Positions 9,082 to 17,577 of a stretch of 18,696 nt of DNA are shown in pieces (within the stretch, counting starts at the first letter, position 1; each line of letters starts with the position of its first letter). A model generated the notes under the pieces. The model was given only the letters and a program-made list of their open reading frames with translations. It was not told the origin of the DNA and did no database searches. The translations under genes were made by a program, and so were the position numbers. Source of the DNA: Fidelibacterota bacterium (GTDB taxonomy: Bacteria > Fidelibacterota > Marinisomatia > Marinisomatales > JABMOV01); the NCBI GenBank assembly GCA_046861395.1, contig JBHHUC010000040.1, forward strand, positions 1-18,696, written 5' to 3'.

Positions 9082-10001
9082 TTCTGTATTTACTTCTTTT
9101 ATTCATCGGATCCGTTCTCCTGTACTATGGTGCCGATCTGGTCGTGAAAGGGGGAATACATATTGCGGAAGAATTCCGTGTTTCCCATCTTGTCATTGGA
9201 TTGACTGTGGTTGCCTTCGGAACATCCCTGCCGGAACTGGTAGTCAGTCTGAATGCGGCCATTTCCGATGCGAATACCATCGCCATTGGAAATATTATCG
9301 GTTCCAATATTGCCAATGTGGGACTGGTCCTGGGAATCAGTTCGCTCCTTTTTCCAGTCACAATACAGCTCCAGGAAATCAAGCGCGACCTGTTGTATTA
9401 CGTTATCGTTTCCTTTGTTTTCGTTCTCATGATTATGAATGGAATCATATCCCGTTTGGAAGGTGTATTTCTGTTTGGCGGTATCATCGGTTACACCATC
9501 ATGATGATCCGGCGTCCACCGGCCGAAGTGACGGAACGGGAAGACCATTTTACATCCATGAAGGCGGCCGCCGTTGCACTGGTGGGGGGCGTCATTCTGT
9601 TATGGTGCGGGGCGGAAGTTTTTGTCTATGGCGCGATCCGTATCGCCAGGATTTTAGGCGTCAGTGAAATTGTCATCGGAATGTCGATTGTAGCCCTGGG
9701 TACGTCCCTGCCGGAATTTGCCACGTCGTTTGTGGCCGCTCTGAAAAAACAGAGTGCGATTTCGATCGGAAATATTGTGGGTTCCAATTTATTTAACGTT
9801 CTCTCTGTTCTGGGGATTACGGCCATGGTGGCACCGCTGGCCTCACCGCGGCATATTCTGTTTCTGGAAATTCCTTACATGCTGGTTTACGGAATCATTC
9901 TTTTCCCCATCGCCTTCATGAAACAGCCGGTACCCCGCTGGGTATCGCTGCTCCTATTTGCCGGCTATATCATTTTCCTCAGCCAACTCTTTTATTCCTG
10001 A
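9078..10001 (+). CDS. Calcium/sodium antiporter (YrbG-like, CaCA family)
   Basis: Two alpha repeats GTSLPE...GNIIGSN and GTSLPE...GNIVGSN, with many hydrophobic helices. Confidence 0.93.
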   Translation: MILYLLLLFIGSVLLYYGADLVVKGGIHIAEEFRVSHLVIGLTVVAFGTSLPELVVSLNAAISDANTIAIGNIIGSNIANVGLVLGISSLLFPVTIQLQEIKRDLLYYVIVSFVFVLMIMNGIISRLEGVFLFGGIIGYTIMMIRRPPAEVTEREDHFTSMKAAAVALVGGVILLWCGAEVFVYGAIRIARILGVSEIVIGMSIVALGTSLPEFATSFVAALKKQSAISIGNIVGSNLFNVLSVLGITAMVAPLASPRHILFLEIPYMLVYGIILFPIAFMKQPVPRWVSLLLFAGYIIFLSQLFYS

Positions 10002-10022
10002 CGGAATTTCCGGGGATTTTCA

Positions 10023-10057
10023 TTGGTTACACAGAAGCCTAAATCCTATATTTTCCC
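10023..10057 (+). promoter_or_regulatory. Putative promoter for a leaderless ftsE transcript
   Basis: TTGGTT (10023-10028), 18 nt spacer, TATATT (10047-10052), then 5 nt to ATG 10058. No Shine-Dalgarno. Confidence 0.35.
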
Positions 10058-10708
10058 ATGATCCGGTTCGAAAATGTTTCCCATACCTATCGCAAGGGGG
10101 ATGGTGTAAAAAATATTTCCTTTGAAGTGTCAAAAGGGGAATTCTCCTTTTTGATCGGTCCCACCGGTTCCGGTAAAACAACGATCATGAAACTGATTTA
10201 CGGCGAACTGAAGCCTGACAGCGGTACCATCATTGTCAACGGACAGAAATTGAAAAACCTGAAACCGCGGCATTTATCAAAATATCGTCAGGATATCGGG
10301 TACATTTTTCAGGAATATTATTTAATGCCGGACCGCAATTTATTCCAGAATATTGCATTGGCCCTGCACATTGTCGGGGTAGCGAAGGATGAAGTGGAAG
10401 ATCGTGTCATGACTGTCTTAGAAGCGGTTGGACTGGCAGATAAGGAATTATATTTTCCAAAAGAATTATCTGGTGGTGAACAACAGCGGGCCTGCATTGC
10501 CCGTGCCTTGGTTAAGGAGCCGGAAATCCTGCTGGCCGATGAACCCACTGGAAATCTGGATCCCATAACATCCTTTGAATTGCTCAAGCTGCTGAATGCC
10601 ATCAATGAAGATGGGACTACAGTTCTCATGGCTTCGCATAACTATAATCTGATCAAAGGACAGGGACGGAAGATTTATGAAATCACGGATGGAGAAATGA
10701 AGACCTAA
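10058..10708 (+). CDS. ftsE: Cell division ABC ATP-binding protein FtsE
   Basis: GPTGSGKTT, LSGGEQQR and ILLADEPTGNLD. TAATG-coupled to an ftsX-like gene. Confidence 0.88.
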   Translation: MIRFENVSHTYRKGDGVKNISFEVSKGEFSFLIGPTGSGKTTIMKLIYGELKPDSGTIIVNGQKLKNLKPRHLSKYRQDIGYIFQEYYLMPDRNLFQNIALALHIVGVAKDEVEDRVMTVLEAVGLADKELYFPKELSGGEQQRACIARALVKEPEILLADEPTGNLDPITSFELLKLLNAINEDGTTVLMASHNYNLIKGQGRKIYEITDGEMKT

Positions 10709-11571
10709 TGTCCAAATTGGCCTTTCTATTTTCCGAGGGACTTAAAAACCTTTGGCGGCATAAACTCACCGCTTTTGCCGCCATTGTTACGAATGCGATC
10801 TGCCTCACGTTCATCGGCTTATTCATACTGGTGGGAGACAATACGCATCAGGTGCTGGAATATTTTCGGGGCAAATATAAAATTGAAATCTTTTTTAATG
10901 AAAATGTGGGAGAATCGGCGGCTCAGGAACTGGTGAATACCTTTCAATCCTATCCCAATGTACGTTCGGTGACACTCATTACCAGGGATGACGCCGCCCG
11001 GATATTTCAACAGCAATACGGCGAAGATGTCATCGCCATGCTGGGATATAATCCCTTTCCTCTCAGCTGTGTGGTAAATGTGTTGCAGGACCCGAACGCA
11101 TCCCTGGACATTGATCAACTGGTAAGAAAAATCGGAAAGACCCAGGGCGTGGCAGAAGTCCATCACCAGGGACGACTGATACGACGAATTGAATGGTTTT
11201 ACAATAAAGCGGTTGAGTTGGGAATGTACCTGATCCTGGGTTTGATAGTATTAACCATCATCATTGTCTCCAATACGATTCGTCTTACGGTATATGCCAA
11301 GCGGGATCTCATTACTATTCTGAGAACTATTGGTGCATCCAAAATATTTATCCGAACTCCGTTTATGCTGGAAGCCATGTTCCAGGCTCTGATCAGTTTC
11401 GGATTGGCGACTGGCACCATCTATGGCCTCATAACTGCTTTCAATAAAGTCGGTCCCCGACTAATTGCCACAACGATTCATATTGAATATACCAGTTTTA
11501 TCATTCTGGGTGTGATCTCCATCTGCATGGCCTGGGTGGGGAGCTACCGGGCAACATCTAAATTTTTATAG
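10708..11571 (+). CDS. ftsX: Cell division permease FtsX
   Basis: EGLKNLWR, TM1, periplasmic loop containing NPFP, then SNTIRLTVYAKR..I..L..IGA...FIRTPFMLE and further TM helices. Confidence 0.9.
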   Translation: MSKLAFLFSEGLKNLWRHKLTAFAAIVTNAICLTFIGLFILVGDNTHQVLEYFRGKYKIEIFFNENVGESAAQELVNTFQSYPNVRSVTLITRDDAARIFQQQYGEDVIAMLGYNPFPLSCVVNVLQDPNASLDIDQLVRKIGKTQGVAEVHHQGRLIRRIEWFYNKAVELGMYLILGLIVLTIIIVSNTIRLTVYAKRDLITILRTIGASKIFIRTPFMLEAMFQALISFGLATGTIYGLITAFNKVGPRLIATTIHIEYTSFIILGVISICMAWVGSYRATSKFL

Positions 11572-11593
11572 TATTATCATGCGATTTCCAACC

Positions 11594-11630
11594 TTGACTG
11601 TGCCTCGAGGGAAATTCTAATTTTTCGGTC
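11594..11630 (+). promoter_or_regulatory. Putative sigma70-type promoter for a leaderless hrcA transcript
   Basis: TTGACT (11594-11599), 18 nt spacer, TAATTT (11618-11623), then 7 nt to ATG 11631. No Shine-Dalgarno. Confidence 0.5.
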
Positions 11631-12647
11631 ATGATTCAGTCAAAAAATATTCAATTGACACCGCGGGAAGAGGCCATATTAAAGGCCACCATCGAGGATT
11701 ATATTGAAACAATCCAACCGGTGGGGTCCAGTTTTCTGAAGCGTGTACATCATTTTGACTGGAGTCCCGCGACGATCCGACATTCCCTGGCCCGACTGGA
11801 ATCGTTCGGATTGCTAACTCATCCATTCACGTCAGCCGGCAGAATGCCCACCGATGCCGGTTATCGCTATTATGTGGATCATCTGATGAATGCGGATGAT
11901 GTAGACATTGCCTTGGATGAAATGCTGGAAGAATTAAAACGTTTTAACAACCAAATTGACAATTTATTATCGGCCACGGCGATAGTTTTGGCCCGCTCCA
12001 GTCAATTATTAGGTGTGGTTCTCCTATCCAATGTCCGTAAAAGTATTCTGACCGGATTGGAACTGATTGAACTTTCTTCGGAACGGATCATGCTGGTGCT
12101 GGAAGTTGACTCCGGCTTGATTCAGTCCCTTGTATTGAATTTAAATGTGGCCATTGACCGGACCCGGCTGGCGAAGATCAATCGCGTATTACGGGAAATG
12201 CTTATTGGGTTGACCCTGGAAGACATCCGTGAATCTTTCCAGCATCGGGTGCAGGAAGCTGATGTTTCGGATCATGAGATAGTTCAGATACTGCTGAAAA
12301 AACCGGCCGCCTATTTCTCGTTTGATACAGGAGAAAAAGTATTTACATCTTCATTCGAACCTTTATTGCAATACCCCGAATTTCAGAATATCGAAGCTAT
12401 CCGGGATATTATTTCAGGACTGAGCAGCGGATCAATTAAATCCTATCTGAAAGAAATTTCTCAGGATACTGTTATCGGTCATGAAAATGAAGATGAACGG
12501 TTTCACGATTGTGCCATTTTGAAATGTGATTTTCATCTGGATTCACTTCAGGGACGGTTGGCGGTAATCGGACCTAAACGCTTACCCTACCGGATTGTCA
12601 GCAAAACCTTAAACACATTTGCGGAGTTACTGCCTTATGTCATCTGA
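11631..12647 (+). CDS. hrcA: Heat-inducible transcription repressor HrcA
   Basis: LTPRE..IL...IEDYI....PVGS, SPATIR, TSAGRMPTDAGYRYYVD and GRLAVIGPKRLPY. Lies upstream of grpE. Confidence 0.93.
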   Translation: MIQSKNIQLTPREEAILKATIEDYIETIQPVGSSFLKRVHHFDWSPATIRHSLARLESFGLLTHPFTSAGRMPTDAGYRYYVDHLMNADDVDIALDEMLEELKRFNNQIDNLLSATAIVLARSSQLLGVVLLSNVRKSILTGLELIELSSERIMLVLEVDSGLIQSLVLNLNVAIDRTRLAKINRVLREMLIGLTLEDIRESFQHRVQEADVSDHEIVQILLKKPAAYFSFDTGEKVFTSSFEPLLQYPEFQNIEAIRDIISGLSSGSIKSYLKEISQDTVIGHENEDERFHDCAILKCDFHLDSLQGRLAVIGPKRLPYRIVSKTLNTFAELLPYVI

Positions 12648-13167
12648 AGATAAAAAAACGAAGAAATCCACCCGGAAAAAACCTGCCAAGCCCCGGGTTT
12701 CCAAGGATAAACAGCAAATAAAAAAAATAACGGAAGAATTAAAATCGCTCGAGGAAAAACATCTACGCCTGAAGGCCGAATTTGAGAATTTCCGTCGGCG
12801 CAAGGAACGGGAAATCCAGAAAATGCTGGAATACGAAGGCCAGGACATCTTTGCCGATTTACTGCCGATCGTAGATGATCTGGATCGATCCGTGAAATCA
12901 TTCCAGGATGGGAAAGAGGCCAGTGAAGAATCCCTGAAAAAAGGCATCACCATGATTCACAATAAATTTGAAAAATTCCTGTCCAACTGGAAACTGAAAC
13001 CCTTTGGGGAGTCCGGCGATACCCTGAATGCCGAAATTCATGATGCCTTGATGATTCGTCATGATGAAAACGCCGGGGATGATGAAATTCTTGAAGTATT
13101 TGAAAAAGGCTACACGTATAAAGATCGCGTTATTCGTCATGCCAAAGTAGTTGTAAATAAATCGTGA
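12637..13167 (+). CDS. grpE: Nucleotide exchange factor GrpE
   Basis: LRLKAEFENFRRR, LLPIVDDLDR, HDALM and KGY..KDRVIRHAKVVV. GGAG at 12623-12626 favours ATG 12637. Confidence 0.95.
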   Translation: MSSEDKKTKKSTRKKPAKPRVSKDKQQIKKITEELKSLEEKHLRLKAEFENFRRRKEREIQKMLEYEGQDIFADLLPIVDDLDRSVKSFQDGKEASEESLKKGITMIHNKFEKFLSNWKLKPFGESGDTLNAEIHDALMIRHDENAGDDEILEVFEKGYTYKDRVIRHAKVVVNKS

Positions 13168-14291
13168 AAGATTTATACGAAATCCTGGGTGTCGCCCGGG
13201 ATGCCAGCGCCGACGAAATAAAACGAGCCTATCGTAAAATCGCAATGAAGTACCATCCGGATAAGAATCCGGGTGACAGCGAAGCCGAAACCAGGTTTAA
13301 AGAGGCCGCTGAAGCGTACTCCATTTTAAACGATTCCCAGAAGCGGGCCCAGTATGACCAATTCGGACATGCCGGTGTCGGTTTGGGGGAGCAGGGAGGA
13401 ACCGGCGGCTTCGGTGGTGGTATTCACATGTCCATGGAAGACATTTTTCGCCAGTTTGGTGATATTTTCGGTGGCCGATCACCATTTGATGATATCTTTG
13501 GTGGCGGTGGGTCACGGGGAGGAGGATATGCCCGTAAAGCAAAGGACCTGAAAATCACACTGACCTTAAGTCCTCAGGAAATATTGACGGGTGTGGATAA
13601 AACCGTTAATCTGAATCGATTTGAGACCTGCGATACCTGTAACGGTAACGGTGCCCGGCCGGGGACCATGCCATCCCGCTGCCGACATTGTGGTGGTAGC
13701 GGACAGGTCCGACAAATTTCCCGTTCCTTTTTCGGTCAATCCGTTGTGGTCTCCGATTGTCCAGTGTGCCAGGGAGAAGGTGAAATTGTGGAAACGCCCT
13801 GCCAATCCTGCGGCGGTAAGGGAATCCAACGCAAGAAAGTGGCCATAAAGATCAAAGTACCAAAAGGTGTGGCCAGTGGCAATTACATGACGCTGGAAGG
13901 CCAGGGGAATAAGGGTGGCAAAGGGGTTTATTCCGGTGACCTGGTCGTGTTCTTCGAGGAACAGGAACATCCCTACTTTGTACGTGATGAACAGGATGTT
14001 CATATGACAGTGAAATTGTCCCTCACGGATTGTGCGCTGGGTACGACTATAGAGGTTCCTACCATCGAAGGAAAGGCGAAACTGAAAATTCCGGCAGGTA
14101 TCCAATCGGGGCAGAAGTTGAGGATGAAAGGCAAGGGTTATCCGCGGCTACGATCCTCCCACCGTGGGGATCAGTATGTAAAAGTACAGGTCGTTACACC
14201 TAAATCGCTGTCAAGAAAAGAAAAAGAATTATTACAGGAGCTGCAGGCCATCAGCAAACAGAAACCATCCTTTTCCCTTGGAGATATCTAA
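13164..14291 (+). CDS. dnaJ: Chaperone DnaJ (class A)
   Basis: J domain with HPD, G/F-rich region, four CxxCxGxG motifs and the C-terminal domain. GTG start overlaps the grpE stop. Confidence 0.97.
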   Translation: MKDLYEILGVARDASADEIKRAYRKIAMKYHPDKNPGDSEAETRFKEAAEAYSILNDSQKRAQYDQFGHAGVGLGEQGGTGGFGGGIHMSMEDIFRQFGDIFGGRSPFDDIFGGGGSRGGGYARKAKDLKITLTLSPQEILTGVDKTVNLNRFETCDTCNGNGARPGTMPSRCRHCGGSGQVRQISRSFFGQSVVVSDCPVCQGEGEIVETPCQSCGGKGIQRKKVAIKIKVPKGVASGNYMTLEGQGNKGGKGVYSGDLVVFFEEQEHPYFVRDEQDVHMTVKLSLTDCALGTTIEVPTIEGKAKLKIPAGIQSGQKLRMKGKGYPRLRSSHRGDQYVKVQVVTPKSLSRKEKELLQELQAISKQKPSFSLGDI

Positions 14292-14687
14292 ATGTTGTTC
14301 ACTCCCCGGGAAAAGCTGGTACTGCAATTTATCCTAACGGTTGCTGGAATAGGTCTCATCACCGGCATTGTTCGACGATCCTGGACAGTAGATCATATTC
14401 CAATGAAAATTTCGCACGTGAAAAAACCGGTTTTAACTGAACCCGAAACCAAGTTACCGATAACCGCAGAAAAGGCTACTGACGATTCCTTAGAAATCGT
14501 TAATATTAATATTGCGAATATTGATGAATTGACATCACTGCCGAATATTGGTCCCGTGGCAGCGCAGCGAATCATAGCCTATCGGGAACAATACGGTGAG
14601 TTTAAAACTGTGGATGAGATTCAGCGCGTAAAAGGCATTGGTGCCAAAACGTATGCCAAAATTTTATCCCGGATAAGCGTTAAATAG
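14292..14687 (+). CDS. comEA: ComEA-family membrane-anchored helix-hairpin-helix DNA-binding protein
   Basis: N-terminal TM, linker, then VNINIA..DEL.SLPNIGP..AQRII.YRE..G.F and RVKGIGAK. Confidence 0.82.
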   Translation: MLFTPREKLVLQFILTVAGIGLITGIVRRSWTVDHIPMKISHVKKPVLTEPETKLPITAEKATDDSLEIVNINIANIDELTSLPNIGPVAAQRIIAYREQYGEFKTVDEIQRVKGIGAKTYAKILSRISVK

Positions 14688-14695
14688 GATTAAAG

Positions 14696-15457
14696 ATGGA
14701 TGTAAAGAAAAGACAAAGATATGCCGATTTTCTGGAGCTGTTAATTGTTCTGGCGCTTGTGTTCCTGTTTATAACCTTGTCTGTTCCGACGGCGATCTGG
14801 GAAGAAGAAGCCCAGGTTGAGGAACAAGCCCATTTCCGGATGTCAACGATTTATGGAGTATACAATTTCTGCCGGGAATTAACGGGAGAATATTTTGATG
14901 ATGGTTTCCTTGCCATGAATCTCGTCAATGCCGCCCGTGACTCTGTTGTTGCCGATTCCACCTTCATCGGGGAACAGGAAATCACCCTGTTTGACCGGAA
15001 TTTTAAAGTTACCATACCTGAAGCGTTTGATGTAGAGTTCGATACGACATTTGGTTTTCAGAAAACCCGCCGTGACACCATTATTGATACCTCTGTAACC
15101 ATATTGAAATATGCCCTTACGCCTGACGGCTTCCGCGATGAATCGCGTATTGATACCGTTTATATTCAAATGAAACAGCTGGCGGCACAAAAACAGGATT
15201 CCCTCTTTATTCGCGTCCTGGAGGAAAAACCCTTGGAACGGGTGGAAGTGATCTCTTATTTCGATTCGTATAAACCAGATTCATCCATGTTTTTCTGTCC
15301 CGTTACGAATAAATCCTTCGTCATTGATATCCAGGAAGATAATATTCGGATTGCCAGTCCCATAACCGATGTCGTGAAAGAACCACGATATTTTATTTTT
15401 TCTTTCCAGGCTAACAATCATGGGTATATCGACGGCGGTGCGACCAGCTGGGATTAA
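14696..15457 (+). CDS. Hypothetical single-pass membrane protein with a degenerate type IV pilin-like N-terminus
   Basis: 253-aa ORF in the operon with AGGA upstream. KKRQRY-ADFLELLIVLALVFLFITLSVP. The CDS is well supported; the pilin relationship is inference. Confidence 0.6.
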   Translation: MDVKKRQRYADFLELLIVLALVFLFITLSVPTAIWEEEAQVEEQAHFRMSTIYGVYNFCRELTGEYFDDGFLAMNLVNAARDSVVADSTFIGEQEITLFDRNFKVTIPEAFDVEFDTTFGFQKTRRDTIIDTSVTILKYALTPDGFRDESRIDTVYIQMKQLAAQKQDSLFIRVLEEKPLERVEVISYFDSYKPDSSMFFCPVTNKSFVIDIQEDNIRIASPITDVVKEPRYFIFSFQANNHGYIDGGATSWD

Positions 15458-15466
15458 ACGGTTCCC

Positions 15467-17059
15467 GTGTATATTTTCGTCCTAACCAATGATAGCCTAT
15501 ACGGCTTATCTTGGTTTGAGGATGAAGGTCACAAAAAGATAACCGAAACTTTTACATTTTCTTTTGAAAAACAAATTCTATCCTGTATTGCCGATGAACA
15601 GCAATTAGCCAACACCATCGGCGGCATTCTGAGCCGAGTAGCGGAAGGGCGTGACTTTGCCGGTGAAACGGTACATGTTTTCCTCGATGAAACACTTGTA
15701 TTTGAAGAAATCATCATTCTCAGGGATGACCTGGATACATCCGAACTGCAGCAATATTTCGAACAAAAAAAACAATGGTTTTTAGGTGATATCGGTGCCC
15801 ATTATACTTACCGCTGGATCGAAAATCCTGATGTCAGACAGGAATATCACGTAACATTCATCCCGGCCGGACTACCCGATGCACTCAAACTGTCCATCCG
15901 TGAATTGGGGGCAAAGCCGGGACATCTGTTGGCTCCGGGGATCCTTGCTTTCATACCGGATGAGGTGCAGGTTCGACATGCCGTATTCGAATCGGTCCGG
16001 GGCTACACCGTATATGGTTACACCGTTCGTGGAAATTTTATTACCGACCTGAAATTCCTGTCCGGATTGCCGAAATATTCCAATTGGTGTGGTGATACTA
16101 CCCTTCAGGAGCATCTGTTTGCAGATGAAATGGATGAAATTGATTCCCGGATTGCGTTTATCGGGACTTATACACCTAACCAGAAAAGTCATTGGCTGGA
16201 ATCCTGCGGCTATGTGGAAATTCCGCTTTCCGACTGGGAAATTCCCACCGATTTAGCCTTATCATCCGATGAGATTTCCGTATGCCAGTGGGTTGCGGAT
16301 ACTATGCCCCAAGCCTTGCCCAATCTCTATGATTCGCACGGATTGACTTACACCGTAACGTCGGAGCCGGAGTTGAAGCAGGCAGAGAGGCCTGCAGTAC
16401 ACCCCGAGAAGGAATCGGTGGAGGCAGAACTAGTACACCATTCCAGATATCATGGCGTTCTGGTTACAATATTTCTTCTCACGAGCCTGACCTATATAGC
16501 CGCAAATTGGAATTCGATTCGGGAATGGCACTATGTTGGCTATAAGCCGCCGGAATACACCATCAATACCTACGCCTCTCTTCCTGAAACGGCACAGTTT
16601 TGGCAGGAACAATCCCGGAATTATCTGTCAATTCTGACGCAAATCATAACAAAACCGGCACTGCAAGACTTCAATGACGTTGTCATCAGTTCCGATGAAT
16701 TGGAATTGCTTTACCCCGATACGATTCAGGTACAGAATATTTTGAGCGAAATCCTGTCAGACAGTTCGCCCGGAGAAGAAAAGGAAAGAACCGGATTTTT
16801 CATAGCTCCTCCGCAATGGCGGTCGCAGTTCTTACAATTATTCCCCACCGGGACACTGGATGTATATCGGGTTATCCACAAGGCTGGCTTTGATTATGTC
16901 CCCGTCACTCTGCGCCTGACCAGCGGGGATTCCATCGTTCGCTGTCTCAGATGGTTGGAGGGAAGCTACGCCAACATCATTGTCAGGAAGGCAGAATTAC
17001 ACCGGGATGACTCACGGTATTCCATCGTATTGTACATTGCCCTCCTGTCTCAATCCTGA
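15467..17059 (+). CDS. Hypothetical bitopic protein; N-terminus resembles a degenerate actin-like (PilM/GspL/DUF3822-like) domain
   Basis: 530-aa ORF with GTG start filling the gap between neighbours. One TM (GVLVTIFLLTSLTYIAANW, about 16454-16510). The fold assignment is by pattern only. Confidence 0.5.
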   Translation: MYIFVLTNDSLYGLSWFEDEGHKKITETFTFSFEKQILSCIADEQQLANTIGGILSRVAEGRDFAGETVHVFLDETLVFEEIIILRDDLDTSELQQYFEQKKQWFLGDIGAHYTYRWIENPDVRQEYHVTFIPAGLPDALKLSIRELGAKPGHLLAPGILAFIPDEVQVRHAVFESVRGYTVYGYTVRGNFITDLKFLSGLPKYSNWCGDTTLQEHLFADEMDEIDSRIAFIGTYTPNQKSHWLESCGYVEIPLSDWEIPTDLALSSDEISVCQWVADTMPQALPNLYDSHGLTYTVTSEPELKQAERPAVHPEKESVEAELVHHSRYHGVLVTIFLLTSLTYIAANWNSIREWHYVGYKPPEYTINTYASLPETAQFWQEQSRNYLSILTQIITKPALQDFNDVVISSDELELLYPDTIQVQNILSEILSDSSPGEEKERTGFFIAPPQWRSQFLQLFPTGTLDVYRVIHKAGFDYVPVTLRLTSGDSIVRCLRWLEGSYANIIVRKAELHRDDSRYSIVLYIALLSQS

Positions 17060-17061
17060 TT

Positions 17062-17577
17062 ATGCGTATTCTGACGGGACGATTCAAAGGTCATACCATA
17101 CTGACGAAAGATTTACCCTATCGTCCCACTCAGTCACGGGTCAGGAAAAGTTTATTCGATATACTGGGACCACTGGATGGGAAAACATTTTGTGACGGTT
17201 TTGCTGGTTCAGGAATCATGGGTATGGAAGCCTTGAGCCGTGGGGCGGAAGCGGTAACCCTTATCGAAAAAAACAAGGCCATCTATTCCTTGCTTAAGCG
17301 GAACACGGAACGATTTGAGACATCCCGACTACAATGCCTATTCGGTGATTATGTTCTCCGGATGGCCAGCCTGAGTGGATTTGACATTGTTTTCACTGAT
17401 CCGCCCTATCAGCTGGCGGCGGATAAGACGGAAATGACGCAGTTGATTGATACGTCACTAGCAGCACTGAATCAGGCCGGGATTTATATATTGGAAACAG
17501 CCAGTGATCTGGCCCAATTTCCTGCTGATCGTCATAAGAAATATGGTGATACAACCCTTTTATTTTGGAGAAAATAG
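17062..17577 (+). CDS. rsmD: 16S rRNA m2G966 methyltransferase, RsmD family
   Basis: MRILTGRFKG, RPT..RVR.SLF, FAGSG..G.EALSRGA, DPPY and KYGDT. Classic rsmD-coaD pairing. Confidence 0.92.
   Translation: MRILTGRFKGHTILTKDLPYRPTQSRVRKSLFDILGPLDGKTFCDGFAGSGIMGMEALSRGAEAVTLIEKNKAIYSLLKRNTERFETSRLQCLFGDYVLRMASLSGFDIVFTDPPYQLAADKTEMTQLIDTSLAALNQAGIYILETASDLAQFPADRHKKYGDTTLLFWRK

Noticed and set aside
10002..10012. CGGAATTTCCG inverted repeat after the antiporter stop
   Set aside because: Too short, with no proper loop or adjacent U-tract for a terminator; could be chance.
11629..11826. Minus-strand 65-aa ORF antisense to the hrcA 5' end
   Set aside because: No SD or motif; fully explained by hrcA coding sequence.
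12619..12636. TTG start for grpE
   Set aside because: ATG 12637 has GGAG at suitable spacing.
13461..13506. Direct repeat gatattttcggtggc / gatatctttggtggc
   Set aside because: Encodes the normal DIFGG repeats of the DnaJ G/F region.
13566..14105. 179-aa antisense ORF within dnaJ
   Set aside because: Antisense shadow of a conserved gene with no independent support.
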